Assembly: GCF_036365525.1 (NCBI RefSeq)
Contig: NW_027142325.1
Span: 372,001-436,000, forward strand
Length of the DNA: 64,000 nt
Direction of reading: 5' to 3'
Source: Heterodontus francisci
Lineage: Eukaryota
In this document: positions 22,162-36,140 of the stretch, one piece after another
Layout of the letters: every line of letters starts with the position of its first letter
Numbering within the stretch: position 1 is the stretch's first letter
The notes under the pieces: generated by a model
Databases searched by the model: none
Seen by the model: the letters and a program-made list of their open reading frames with translations, nothing else
What the model was told of the DNA's origin: nothing
Position numbers and translations under genes: made by a program

Positions 22162-23199
22162 TGTTATGACTGAAGCGGGAGGAGTGCACTGTTAATTCAG
22201 TCCCACTTCTCCATAGGTCACAACATATATGTAAATTTTCCCACTTACCGAAGCCATCAATCAGATACTCGATGTTTCCCCTAGAATAAAGCACACCAAC
22301 CAGGTTTCTTTAATAAACAACTAAATTATCTTTTTATTCTAAACCAAGTCTTAATCAATAATGAAGTAAAATGTACGCACAAATGGAAATATTAAAGCCC
22401 CTTATTTCATCCTAGCCCTCACGCATACACATACATACACAACTGGTTAACCGGCAAAAAAAAGGATTTTTGTTTACAGCTGTTACAAAGAAATAAGAGG
22501 AATAAAAAAAAAGTTTGACTGAAAAGAAGGTATGGATGTCCTTTGCTTTGGCGAGGTGTCCCAAAGGGGAATAGGCAGCTGTCAATGGAATCTTCCTGGA
22601 ACAGTTTTTTCCAGGTGATATTCATGATTAGTCTGGGTAGGCATTCAAAGAGATGCAGCTACAGAAGGCTTCACATAGGTCTTGCATCAGGTGTGCAGCA
22701 ACAAAGGTTTCAATTCTCACACGTTTGATGCAAAGTTCCTTTAAAGATGCAAGGTTTCTGCAAACATGCCGGATTTCTTCAAATACAGGAGGCAACACTT
22801 GACACAGGGTTTGCTTTTCAAGAGAAAGATGGGCTGCTTGATCTTCTGCTCTCCTGGCAGGTCAATAAGCAAACTCCAACTGACTGTTTTTAACAGATCA
22901 AAATGAAACTAAAACCTTTTCACAAACAAGCCTTGTGACAACCATAAATATTGAATTGTCATTTCCTTGTAAATAGCTCTTCAGGTCAAAACACAAGCCC
23001 TGCTATGTTTACTTGAAATCACATGTTTTCCAGTACTTGTTTACTCGCTGAAACCAAGAACCTTCTTTTGATCTTCCTTTTTTTTAAAACAACCACAAAG
23101 TTCAGCCTCTTCATGATTCCAGATGAATCAGTGTCCACAATCCAACTATAATTTCTTAAAATATATTGTACAAAGAAAAATAGAAGCACTCACGTAACA
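22162..23199 (-). mobile_element. Solo LTR with 4-bp TSD CCAG, inserted in the integrase HHCC motif
   Basis: Ends TGT...ACA; ccag at 22158-61 and 23200-03; flanks rejoin as HEIPMAG|HVAIRKT; orientation inferred. Confidence 0.85.
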
Positions 23200-26100
23200 C
23201 CAGCCATAGGGATTTCATGGACAATCCTCAGAATCTCCCTACAATGTTTAGGCGGAGTACAATTTGGTGAACCACTGTCAACCCCTCCTCTGTAGGTCAC
23301 TGCGGAGGTCTCCATTTTCTTATTATTAATCCATTTTGAAGTAATAACATTCAGGCATCTTCTCAGCCTCTGCATCAGAACAGGCTGTCTGCTCTATTCT
23401 TTTTTAACTCAGGGTCTGCCTGCTGGGCTTTAATTGAAGATTTACTGTATACTTCCTTCTCTTTCCCCAAGTCTCCAAAAATTTTCAGCCAGTCAGGCCT
23501 CAGGCCTGACTTTGTGGTTCAGCTTGCTCTGTTGGATCTTTTTTAGCCATGTACCTAGTTCCCATACAGTCAGGGAATATTCCATAGATTGGAGTAAGGG
23601 GCGCACGGAAAGAAGACTTTGCCGCGTGAGACGTAGTCAGAGTGTGAAGCTGGGAATTTGACTCGTGGGAATTCGGTGCAGAGGGGAAAAGAGGTGCTTC
23701 TTTTTCACCCTCCAGTAGCTGTCGAAGAAGCAAGTTGCTTCCCAGAAATAGAGGGGAACCTTGAGATAGCAGCGAGGGTTTGAAAAGTTACGATGGTGAG
23801 TCTGTGGGTTCAGAGCTTTCCAAAGAAAATTGGTGTATGACATTACAGCAAAGAAGGAAAGTGATTGGTTGGTGAACATTTTCTTTTTTTTTCTTATATG
23901 AACTAAGGAATTTTAATTGGGTTTAGTCTAACATTATCTTCTGAGACTCAGGTAATTTATTAGTGAGGTTTCATTAGTAGTAAGCTTTACTGGCAGTAGT
24001 AAAGCTTATCAGTAGTGGTGGGGCTTAGTAGTAGTGGGGTTTATTAATTCTAAACTAAGAAAAATAAATTACTTAACACATAATAAAGCTGGCAGGGCAA
24101 GTGATGTTCCGGCTGCAGTATGTGGGAACTGGTGGACGCTGGCGTGATCCACGGTAAACGTGTCTTCAGTAAGTATATGCAGTGTGAGGAGTTTCGGCTC
24201 AGAGTCAATGAGCTGGAGGCCGAAGGCCGTCACACACCGCTGAGGATAGCGTCTTCTGATGTCAGTGGTCAGGGACAGGAGGGACTGTGAGTGAGGCAAG
24301 TAAGGGGATCGAGAAGGCAGAAGTGGAGGAGCCTCAGCCCTTGCAATTGTCCAACAGGTTTGAGGTTCTTTCAGCTTGTATGGATGAAAGCGAGGACTGC
24401 AGATGAGCAAACTGACTATGGCACCATGGTACAGAAAGAAATTCAAGTGGAGGGAGTAAGGAGAAATGTGGCGGGAGTAGGAGATAGTGTAGTAAGGGGG
24501 ATAGACAAAGTTCTCAGCGGCCAAGAGCGAGAGTCCAGAAGGCTGTGTTGCCTGCCCGGTGCCAGGGTTCGGGACATCTGCTCGGGTCTGAAGAGAAACT
24601 TGCAGTGGGAGGGGGAGGATCCAGTTGTCGTAGTCCATGGGTAACAACGACATAGATAGGACTATGAAAGAGGTTCTACCTAAGGAGTATGAGCAGCTGG
24701 GGGCTAAATTATAAAGTAGACCCTCAAAGGCAATAATCTCTGGATCATTAACTGAGCTATGAGCAAATTGTTAGAGGGTAAATTAGATTAGAGGGTTAAA
24801 TGTATGATTCAGAGTCCGGTGTGGTAGATATTCGTTTTGATTCATTGGGCACTGGCACCAGTACTGGGGAAAGTGAGAGCTCTTATCATTGGGACGTTCT
24901 TCACCTGAACCATGCTGGGACCAGTTTTGTGGCGAGTCGTATAACTAGGGTGGTAGAGAGGATTTTAAACTAAATAGTGGGGGTGATGGGATCAACTGAG
25001 AGAAGATTAGATAATTTAAAGAGAGAGGAGAAGGCAAGAGAGCAAGTTAGTAATAAAGGAATTGATCATCTAAGTGTGGCAGAAAGGGACAGAGCGTAAG
25101 AGTGCACCAACAGATAAGGCCAGAGGTTGTGAATATAATAAAAAGACAGAACTAAAGGCACTCTATCTGAATGCACACAGCATTCACAACAAAGTAGATG
25201 AATTGACAGCACAAATAGAAGTAAATAGATATGATCTGATTGCCATTATGGAGACATGGCTGCAGGGTGATCAAGGCTGGGAATTGAATGTTCAAGGGTA
25301 TTAGACACTTCAGAAGGATAGGCAAAAAGGAAAAGGAGGTGGGGTAGCACTGTTAATAAAGGATGAGATCAGTACGTTAATGAGAGAGGATCTTAGAGTG
25401 AAAGATCAAGATGTAGAATCAGTTTGGTGAGAGCTAACTAACAGAAGGGACAGCAAACATTGGTAGGAGCATATAATAAGAGTAATGCAGTAATCATGGG
25501 GAATTTATTCTACATACTGTTGGGGTAAACCTAATTAGCATTAATGTTATGAAGGACAAAATCCTGGAATGTATATGAGATGGTTTTTTAGAACAGTATG
25601 TTGAGGAACGAACTAGAAGACGGGCTATTTTGGATCTCAATGTGCAATGAGAAAGCGTTGATTAATAATCTCATTATAAATGAATTCTAGGAAAGAGTGA
25701 CCATAATATCGTAGAATTTTACTTTAAGTTTGAAAGTGATGTCGTTCAACTGAAATTAGGGTTAAATCTAAACAAAGGAAACTACAAAGGTATGAGGGGC
25801 ATGTTGGTTGGGAAGATACATTAAAAGGTATGATGGTAGACAGACAATGGGCAGCATTTAAAGAATTAATACATGGTTTACAACAAATTTACATTCCTTT
25901 GAGACAAAAAAAGCCCAACAGGAAAGGTGATCCAACAATGCATAAATAGAGGAGTTAAATATTATGTTAGATCAAAGGAAGAGGCTTACAAAGTTGCCAA
26001 AAAAGTAGTAAGCCTGAGGATTGGGAGCAGTTTAGAATTCAGCAATGGAGGAGCAAGAAACTGATAAAGAAGTAGAAAATAAAATATGAAAGTAAACTAG

Positions 26101-27024
26101 TGAGAAATATAAAAACGGACTGTAAAAGCTTCTATAGGTATGTAAAAAGGAAAAGATTAGCAAAGACAAACGTGGGCCCATTACAGGCAAAGATAGGGGA
26201 ATTTATAATGGGGAATAGGAAATGGCAGAGAAACTAAACAAATACTTTGTGTCTGTCTTAACAGAGAAAGATACAAAAAAATTGCCAAAAAACTAAAGAA
26301 CCAAGGGACGAGCAGGAATGAGGTACTGAACAAAATTAGTATTAGTTAAAAAAAAGTAGTACCGAATAAATTAATGGGAGTGAAAATTTATAAATCCCCT
26401 AGACTTGATGATCTATATCCCAAAGTGTTGAAAGAGGTGGTTGTAGAGATAATGCGTGGTGATCATCTTCCAAAATTCTATAGATTTTCGAATGGTTTCT
26501 GGAGATTGAAAGGTAGCAAATGTAACCCCACTATTTAAGAAAGGAGGGAGAGAAAACTGGGGAACTACAGACCTGTAAGTCTGACATCAGTAGTAGGGGA
26601 AATGCTAAAATCTACTTTAAAGGATGTTACAACTGGACACTTAGAAAATGATGGTAGGATTGAGCAGAGTCAACATGGATTTATGAAAGGGAAATCATGT
26701 TTGACAAACCTGTTAGAGTTTTTTGAGGATATAACTTGCAGAATAGATAAGGGGAAACCAGTGGATGTGATATATTTGGATTTTCAGAAGGCATTCAATA
26801 AGGTCCCACATAGGAGATTCGTAAGCAAAATTAGAACACATGGGATTAGGGGTAATATACTGGCATAGATTGAAAATTGATTAATGGACAGAAAATGGAG
26901 AGTAGGAATAAACAGGCCATGACTAGCTGGGTACTGCAAGAATCATCACAATATATATCAATGATTTGGACATGGGCACCAAATATAATATTTTCAAGTT
27001 TGCTGATGGCACAAAACTAGTTGC

Positions 27025-30000
27025 TCTTATGATCCTGTTGTTTTTTGGGGGGAAAATATGTGGTGTGCCTTTGAGATGCCAAAAGATCTGAACTGCTTTA
27101 AGAACAAGCAAGCCTCAGGAGTTACCAAGAAGGTGCATTTTGGTTGCCCGTGGATACAACCATGTGGAGAGAGAGCCAACCAGGTTCCAAGGGTGCATCC
27201 TGGTTGCCTTGGATATAACCACTCGGAGATTGAGGGTCGGTATACAATGCTACGATTGACTTTTAAAGTGGCTTTTTATTTGAGACAGATTGTTCTAACC
27301 GACAGACAGCTGGGCCAGCATGAACTGACCAGAGATCTCTGTTAATTTAAACTGAAGAAAGTAAATTTAGACTATTTTACCCCCCCCCCACCCCCTCAAA
27401 ATTCTAAAAGTTAAGCCACATTGATTTCTTTGAAAGTGGTAGCAAACTGTTGCTGTGTTCATCGCTGGACAAGAAGAACAACACTTCAACTGCTGAACTA
27501 GACTAGTGATTGTCCTACTGTTGGAGAACCTTCCCCCCCACCATCCCCCATCAGACAACTGCGAAGACTTCGAGCAACATTGGATAGTTTCTACATTGGG
27601 AAGATTCCATTTCGACAGGAGTGTAAATCTGCAAGGACTTTGTTACTTCTATTTTTAACTGTTGTTTTATCTTAATAGTGTTTAAGAATTTAGTTTTTCT
27701 AATAAACAGTTAATTTGTTGATCTAAAGACACCTGGTTTAGTTCATACCATTCAGGGGTTAATAGATGGTTCAATTCGCCTGTGATTTTCTTTAGTTTGG
27801 AAAGTTTAAAGTTAGGCAATCTGTGGAGTGACAGGTCTCAATTGACAGTGCATTGCTCCCACCGCAATTAGAATTGTATATTTTTATTAGGGGCTTTGTC
27901 TTGAGCGGTCATGTCGTAACATATTAATTGGGGGCTCGCTCATGATTGAATCTTATTTTAATTAAATGGCTCACATCTGGGGTCAGAATGAGACTAATTT
28001 GGAGGGTTTGCAATTGGAATCATATTAATTACTCATTTCTGGGATAACATATTTAAATTGGGGTCAATTGGAAACTCAATTGTTGGGATCTAATGTAACG
28101 CCAATTACAAAGAAATAAAGAACCAGATCTCTTGTATAATAAGGTAAAGTCTATACCATTATAATTGCATTAATGGTTGCAGCAGAGTTTTTGGGAAAGC
28201 AGAATGTTTCCCTGAGTGACTTGATAACTTTAACTCAGAATAAATTAAAAGAATTGGCAGCAAAATTGGGGTTAGAATTGAAATTAGGTGCCAAAAAAGC
28301 AGAGATAATTGACATAATAGTCCAACATCTGGAATTAGGAGAAGAAGATGATGAAGGAGAATATGAGGAACAAGAAAGCAATAGTTCAGAGAGTGATGCA
28401 GTGGTATTGGCTAGGATTCAGTTAGAAATGAAAAAACTTGAGGATGAAAGGGAATTAAGAAAACTTGAATTGTAAAAAGAGGAAAGAGAAAAAGAAAAAG
28501 CAATAGTAATAAGTAAACTTGAACAAGAGAAAGAAACAACAAAAGACTTAAGCTTGAATTCCAGAAAGAGGATGGGAGAAAGAGTGGGAATTTAAATTAA
28601 AAGAGATGGAACTAAAACAAAGGGATGGTCTTGAATCCAGAGAAAGTTCAGGTCAGGAAGAATCTGAATTTAGCTCAGGACCCAGCGAAAAGCTGTTTAA
28701 ATTTATACAGTCTCTTCCTACATTTGAGGAAAGGGATGTAGAGGCAGTTTTCATATCTTTCGTAAAAATAGCCAAACAGATGAAATGTCCGAAAGAAAGC
28801 TGGACACTGCTTATGCAGGGCAGGTTGGTAGGCAGAGCTCATGAAGTTTATGCCATGCTTCCTGAAGAGGCTTCTGCAGATTATGAGATGGCAAAAAAGG
28901 CTATTCTCACTTGTGTATGAGTTAGTCCCTGATGCTTACGGTCAGAAGTTTAGGAACTTACGGAGATTGACTGGGCAGACATATTTAGAATTTGAGAGGA
29001 TGAAGCAAATTATTTTTGACCATTGGATACAGGCATTAAAGATAGAAACCACATATGAGAACCTTTGAGAATTGATTCTCTTAGAAGACTTTAAAAATGC
29101 CATTCCTTCAGTAGTGGGAACTCATATAGATAACCTGAAAGTTTTGAAAGTTAGGCAAGCAGCAGAAATTGCTGATGATTTTGAGCTTGTGAATAAGCCA
29201 ACCTCTTTTGTCCGTCACCCCCATAAACCTGAGAAGGATAGAAATTGGGAGAGTGAAAGGAAAGCAAGTAGCCGGGGACAAGAAGGAACAGCTGGGAATG
29301 CCTCAGGATCACCTCCTCAGGTCAGAAAGGAAGGTGCTGAGGATAGAAGTGAGGTTCGCAAGCCAATGTGTTATCATTGTAACAAAACGGGCCATGTTCG
29401 TTCAGAGTGCTGGAAATAGTGAGGTAAACCCATAGGATCTGTTGGGGTATGCAAAGTTAGTGCACAGGAAAAGACTCCGACTGAGAGTATAGCAGACCAG
29501 GCTATAGCTTTGATGACAGCTATGAAACCAGATACTAGAACTAAAAGAGTGTAGAGGTTAAGAATAAAATGCCTGAGAGTTACAATGAATTTCTGTCAAA
29601 GGGGTGAGTAACTCCTGTAAGTGAGACAGGAAAACCTATCATTATACTCAGCGACACAGGAGCAACCTAATCGCTCTTGCTAGAGAAAGATATAAGGGTT
29701 CCACCAGAGAGTGCCTTGAACCCTAAAGTTTTACTTAATGGAATTGGCGGGGTGTATATACGCATATCTTTGTATAAAGTATGCCTAGAGAGTGACTTAA
29801 TATCTGAGATAGTTACTGTAGGTGTTGTCCATAGTTTACCAGTGAAGGGAACTGATCTACTCCGAGGAAATGATTTCTGGATCAACAGTATCAGTGTCTC
29901 CTAAAGTTACAGAGAAACCAAGTGAAATTAAGGAAATGGAGCAATTACTGGAACAATTTTTCGTGGATATTTCCTGCGTGTATAGTTACCCGAGCAATGG

Positions 30001-30607
30001 CTAAACAGGATCCATTGTTGGAGGTAAAAGGGGCACCACAAATAGATAGCCAAGTATCTGAAACCCTTATTTGGGGATTTAGATAATCCAAATGAGTTGT
30101 TTAACAGATCGTCTATCATTGCAGCACAGCAAGCTGATCCAGAGATATACCGAATAGCACAGAGAGTTCTGTCAGAAGCTGAGGAGACAGGAGTCCCAGA
30201 AGGCTGTTATATGGCAAACGGGGTTTTGAGGAGGAAATGGAGACCGCCTCATAGGCCTGCAGACAAAGGCTGGACAGTTGTTGAACAGATAGTAGTACGA
30301 CCTAAATATCGCCAAGGATTATTAAGGTTAGCACACGACATTCCTTTTGCAGGACATAGGGGAATTTGAAAGACCAAATCACACATAAGCCTGGTCAGGT
30401 TTTACAAAGGATGTGAGACAATTTTGTAGGACATGCCATACCTGTCAAATGGTGGGAAAACCACAACCTACCATAAAACCAGCACCGCTAGTTCCCACAT
30501 CAGTGATTGAGGAACCATTTAGCAGCGTGTTAGTAGATTGTGTAGGAACCTTGCCAAAAACAAAAGCAGGGCATCAATACATACTTAATATCATGGATAT
30601 GGTAACA
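27025..30607 (+). mobile_element. Gmr1-like Gypsy element, 3'-deleted (5' LTR, PBS-Pro, gag, protease, start of integrase)
   Basis: LTR ends gtcgtaaca at 27921; PBS tgggggctcg at 27929; gag with CYHCNKTGHVRSEC; protease DTGA ~29653; HDIPFAGH..CRTCHTC directly after the protease. Confidence 0.87.
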
Positions 30608-30654
30608 GTGGGAATGTGAGTTGTGAGGGGATGCAAAGAAGCATCAAGGGGATT

Positions 30655-31997
30655 ACTCTCAATCATCAGTAAAGTGATGGAAGGTGTCATCAACAGTGCC
30701 ATCAAGCGGCACTTGCTTAGCAATAAGCTGCTCAGTGACGCTCAGTTTGGGTTCTGCCACAGCGACTCAGCTCCTGACCTCATTACAGCCTTGGTTCAAA
30801 CGTGGACAAAAGAGCTGAACTCAAGGTGTGAGGTGAGAGTGACTGCCCTTGACATCAAGACAGCATTTGACCGAGTATGGCATCAAGGAGCCCAAGCAAA
30901 ACTGAGGTCAATGGGAATCAGGGGGAAAGTCCTCTGCTGGTTGGAGTCATAACTAGCGCAAGGTAAGATGGTTGTGGTTGTTGGAGGTCAATGACCTGAG
31001 CTCCAGGACATCACTGCAGGAGTTCCTCAGGGTAGTGTCCTCGGCCCAACCATCATCAGCTGCTTCATCAATGACCTTCCTTCAATCATAAGGTCAGAAT
31101 TGGGGATGTTCGCTGATGATTGCACAATGTTCAGTAGCATTTGTGACTCATCAGATACTGAAGCAGTCTGTGTGGAAATGCAGCAAGACCTGGACAATAT
31201 CCAGGCTTGGGCTGATAAGTGGCAAGTAACATTTGCGCCACACAAGTGCCAGGCAACGACCATCTCCAACAAGAGAGAATCTAACCATCTCCCCTTGACA
31301 TTCAATGGCATTACCATCGTTGAATCCCCCACTATCAACATCCTAGGGCTACCATTGACCAGAAACTGAACTGGAGTAGCCATATAAATACTGTGGCTAC
31401 AAGAGCAGGTCAGAGGTAGGGAATTCTGAGGCGAGTAACTCACCTCCTGACTCCCCAAAGCCTGTCCACAATCTACAAGGCACAAGTCAGGAGTGTGATG
31501 GGATACTCTCCACTTGTCTGGATGGGTGCAGCTCCAACAACACTCAAGAAGTTCGACAACAGGACAAAGCAGCCCACTTGATTGGCACCCCATCTACAAA
31601 CATTCACTCCCTCCACCACCGACGCACAGTGGCAGCTGTGTGTACCATCTACAAGATGCACTGCAGCAACGCACCAAGGCTCCTTAGACAGCACCTTCCA
31701 AACCCATGAGTTCTACCAACTAGAAGGACAAGGGCAGCAAATGCATGGGAACACCACCACCTGCAAGTTCGTTTCCAAGTCACACACCATCCTGACTTGG
31801 AACTATGTCGCCGTTCCTTCACTGTCGTTGGGTCAAAATCCTGGAACTCCCTTCCTAACAGCACTGTGGGTGTACCTAGCCCACATGGACTGCAGCGGTT
31901 CAAGAAGGCAGCTCACCACCACCTTCTCAAGGGCAATTAGGGATGGGCAATAAATGCTGGCCTGGCCAGTGACGCCCACATCCCATGAATGAATTAA
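30655..31997 (+). mobile_element. 5'-truncated LINE (CR1/L2 group, distinct subfamily), RT 3' half
   Basis: [26 protein letters not shown]; tail gggcaattagggatgggcaataaatgctggcc...atgaatgaattaaagaaaa. Confidence 0.85.
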
Positions 31998-32060
31998 AGA
32001 AAAGACAGGCCAAGTGAGTTGGCAGGAACATGGCAGATGGAATATAACGTGGAAAAATGT

Positions 32061-32474
32061 GGGCCGGAATTTGAGGTTGGGTGGGAGGCTCCACCCACCA
32101 TCCATAACGTCAGGGGCAAGCCCGCCTTCGCCAGGCCTGGGAGCAACACCAAGATCATATGTCCCCCAGGCCCTAAGTTGGCCTTAGGTGGGACTTCTGC
32201 CAATCAGTGGGCCAGCAGCTCTCAGTACCAGCAGCGCTACTGCTGGAACTCCACCAAGATTCGGCAGCAAGAGGGACGCGGGTCCCGGATAAAGGTTTGT
32301 GAGGCTTCACCAGGGACAATTGTCTTGGCCGTTTCACGCCGCCACTGCCCCTGGTAAATTTGTAGTGGAGTCGGCAAGGCGTCGGGAATGGCACAGCGTG
32401 CCTCCCACTCAATTTTACAACTCCCCCCCACCCATGCCACTAGCCCACTCCTGTAGGAGGTGTAAAATTCCAGC
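32061..32474 (+). mobile_element. MITE-like non-autonomous DNA element inside CR1-B
   Basis: Imperfect terminal inverted repeats gccggaattt / aaattccagc; tgt duplicated; removal restores CR1 gaaaaatgtgaagttattcac. Confidence 0.6.
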
Positions 32475-35400
32475 TGTGAAGTTATTCACTTTGCTGGGAA
32501 GAACAGAAATGCAGAGTATTTCTTAAATGGTGAGAGATTGGGAAGTGTTGATGTCCAAAGGGACCTGGGTGTCCTTGTTCATAAGTCACTGAAAGCTAAC
32601 CTGCAGGTGCAGCAAGCAATTAGGAAGGCAAATGCTATGTTGGACTTTATTGTAAGAGGATGTGAGTAGAGGAGTAAAGGAGTCTTGCTGCAATTGTATA
32701 GAGCCTTGGTGAGACTGCACCTGGAGTATTGTGTATAGTTTTGGTCTCCTTACCTAAGGAAGGATATACTTTCCATACAGGGAGTGTAATAGCGGTTTGC
32801 CAGACTGATCCTTGGGATGGTCGGATTGTACTACGAGGAGAGATTGAGGAGACTGGGCCTATATTCTCTAGAATTTAGAAGAATGAGTGGTGATCTCACT
32901 GAAGCATACAAAATTCTTACAGGGCTCGACAGGGTTCTTGCAGGTAAGATGTTTCCCCTGGCTTGAGGCGTCTAGAACCAGGGGACACAGACTCAGAATA
33001 AGAGATAGGCCATTTAGGACTGAGATGAGAAGGAATTTCTTCATGCAGAGTCTGGTGTATCTGTTGAATTCTCTACCACAGAGGGCTATTGAGGCTCAGT
33101 CATTGAGTATGTCCAAGGAAAAGACTGATAGATTTCTAGACATTAAAGATGTCAAGGGATATGGGGATAGTGCAGGAAAATGGTGTTGAAGTGGAAGATC
33201 AGCCATGATCAAGTTGATTAGTGGAACAGGCTCAAGGGGCTGAATGGCCGACTCCTGCTCCTAGTTCTTATGATCCTATGTTTCCAAGTTCCTATGTTCT
33301 TTCTGTATTTGTTCTTTCTCTTTGGCCTCATTTGGCTGGTTTAAGACCACTGGGGCTGCTATCACTTTACCTCCAGCCAAATCATCGCCGAGCTGCAAAT
33401 CTATTCCGGCCACAGGCAGACAATGAATAATCCCTATTGTAACTGGTCCAGATACTAGTGTAGGTGGATCCAATACAAGAGCACTGACATGTATCCATCT
33501 TCAGTGCCTCTTACCAGAACCTTTGCCTTGATTGAGCTGTCTGGTGGAACGGTCATCCTTTTACCCAGCATTAAGGAGTGAGTGGCCAATGAATCTCAGA
33601 GCAGAACAATGGATTTTCCTGTCTCATTAGAGGGATATGGGACACCTTTCCCTTTCAAACAAAATCCTGATAACCTTCAGGAATCTTTTCTACTTCTGCT
33701 ACATCTGGGACAGTATTCTTTGAGGAGTGTATTACAGTGGTTCGGGTCACAGGCTTGTCTGCCTTGTTGCCTACTTGGGCTCCTTTTCCAACTCAGCTCT
33801 GTGAACTCCTACAAAATTTACTGTCTCCCCTTTAAATTCCAGCTTTCACATGCCACGTTTTACTGCAATGGAAACACACAGGTCTGTGGAAAACATTCCT
33901 GCCCTTTGCACTTTATTTCCTTACTGGTGCAGGTCTTCTTGCATTCTCACTTTTGGTTCCCTTTTCACCAGCACCCCATCTTTTATTATTATTAATCCAC
34001 TTTCTGTCCTTCCCAGAACTCTTGCGATTATTATAGATGGGTTTTCCATGAAAAAGGATTTTTGAGTAAGCACATAATCATCTGCCATTTCAGCAGCTTC
34101 TCTTACCCTTGTAATTCTTTGCTCCTCCATATGAGTCTTTATGTTGAGGGGGATGCTATTTTTAAATCCTTCTCGTACAATTATTTCTCTCAAATTTCCA
34201 TTTGAGATTCTAACTTGAGAGATCGGATCCTGTGAACGAAAGCCATGAGTTTAATTCTTTCAAATTCAATAAAGGTTTGGGCAGGTTTTTTCCTAGCATT
34301 TCAAACCTGCGGCTGATAGGCACGTATGCATTTAAGATCGCAGTTTTAGTCTGTTCTTAATCAGAGGAGCTTTCTTCTGATAACATGGAATGAACTTCAC
34401 AAGCTCTACCCACCAATTCATCTTGTACGAGGAGGGTCCAATATTCTTTTGGCCATCCTAGTCTGTATCTATTTTTTCAAAGGAGATAAAATGGAGCTCG
34501 ACCTCTTCCTTATTACATTTTGGCACAAATTGTGAGTATCTTAAAACAGCAAAGTTACTTTGCGAATTGTGGATCTAGTTTGAGTGGCTGGTTGCATTCT
34601 CACCTTGTACTTGCAGCCTTTCTAACTCAAACTTTCTCACCGCTTCCTGCCTTTCCTTTTGAAGTTGAAACTCTTCTTCCTCTTTTTCCTTTTGAAGTTG
34701 AAACCCTTTCCTCTTTTCTCAAGTGCAACTCCTCCCTCTCTTTCTGAATTCTAGCTAGGGCCCTGTTTTCAGTATCAGATCCCATGGTTGCTTCTCCTGG
34801 TTCTGGGTTAAAATTAAAATGGCTCACTAGATTCTTCAACATTTTAGGTTTCTTTGTTTTTTGTTTGAAAGTGACTCCCACCTGGGCAGCTCAGGTTGTT
34901 ACGACCAGGCGAGGAAGGGATCTCAGGCTCCTCTTTCGCCTCTTCTCTGGGTTGACCACAACAGGGTTTATCTTTTTTTAACACAGTGATTTAACTGACC
35001 ACCTCAGTGAACAATTGCTCCAGTTTTCCTAATATAATTGCAAATGAACCAACAAGACAGGTATTTTTGAGTGTAAACAAGAAAGATGTAAGTTTATTAA
35101 CCTTATCACTCTAAACCGGTTAATATTACTAAAATACACTGCGCCTCCATGCCCATATTCACACAAGAGCCACACACACACACACACACACACACAAATA
35201 AATTACAGAGGGAAAAGCAAATTTTGGGAGGTTGGAGTAGAATCCTTAATAAATGCAGTTTAAATACTGAATCTCAGTCCCAGAGTCTTTAGTTGAAATT
35301 GTAGTCCTGAAGTCTTCGCTGGGCCATATGCACGGGTCGGGCTGGCTTCTCAGGTTCTGGAAGGCAGGAGAGGGACTTTATCCTTGTCCCCTGGTTGCTG

Positions 35401-36140
35401 ACTGTAAGGATCTGTAAACTTGTCTTCCACCAGCGTCAGCTTGAGGCTTCTCAGGATCTGTACTGGAGAGAGAGAGAGAGAGATGCTGTTCCCTAGCTAG
35501 ATCCCAGTTACTGTCTGGCTTCTGAGTCACCACTCACAAATCTCCTGAGTGGGCCAAGCAGTCATGTGATGTGACCACCTCTTTGTGTTTGAATCAGCAT
35601 CTTCCGGAATGATCTTTGAAATTTTCCCCCGAGCTGTTCAGACATACTTGATAGTGGGAGGTTTGGCTCTTTCAATGTCAATGGATGTCGATGGCTTTTG
35701 ACGACCCCCATTGATAAGGTTATCCCAGATAAATGAATCGGAGAGCATCCCATTGACCTGGCTCGACTGAGTAATCACATCTGTCTCCGGCCCGATTCTT
35801 TGGTGTTTTCATATGCAAATTGTGCGTGGCCAGCTTGGCTGCCAGCTGTTGCGTTTTCAAAAGTTATTTGTAACAATGTCCAGTACAAGTCTCAGGCAAA
35901 GTTCCATATGATGAAATTAATATTTCCATTTGGCATGTGGGGCTTCCGTCACACCTCTGGACCACGCCAAATGAAATGTGACAATGGATGCATTTCATTA
36001 TAGGAGTTAAAAAAAAGAGAAAACACTGGAAAACACACATGCATTTTTTCATTCACTCTCATCCACTCTGTCATCCACTCAGAAATCTTAATATTGTTGC
36101 AGCTTGTCCTTTTTCCCTCTGAAGCAGCAGTGTTGATTTC

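Larger units (their letters stand above)
23590..33300 (+). mobile_element. Decayed full-length CR1 LINE (CR1-B) carrying three nested insertions
   Basis: Esterase ORF1 remnant ~24075-24970 (VGDSVVRG, CCLPGA); ORF2 remnants 25150-27020, 30608-30654, 32000-32060, 32475-33189; tail ctcctgctcctagttcttatgatcctatg. Confidence 0.85.
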
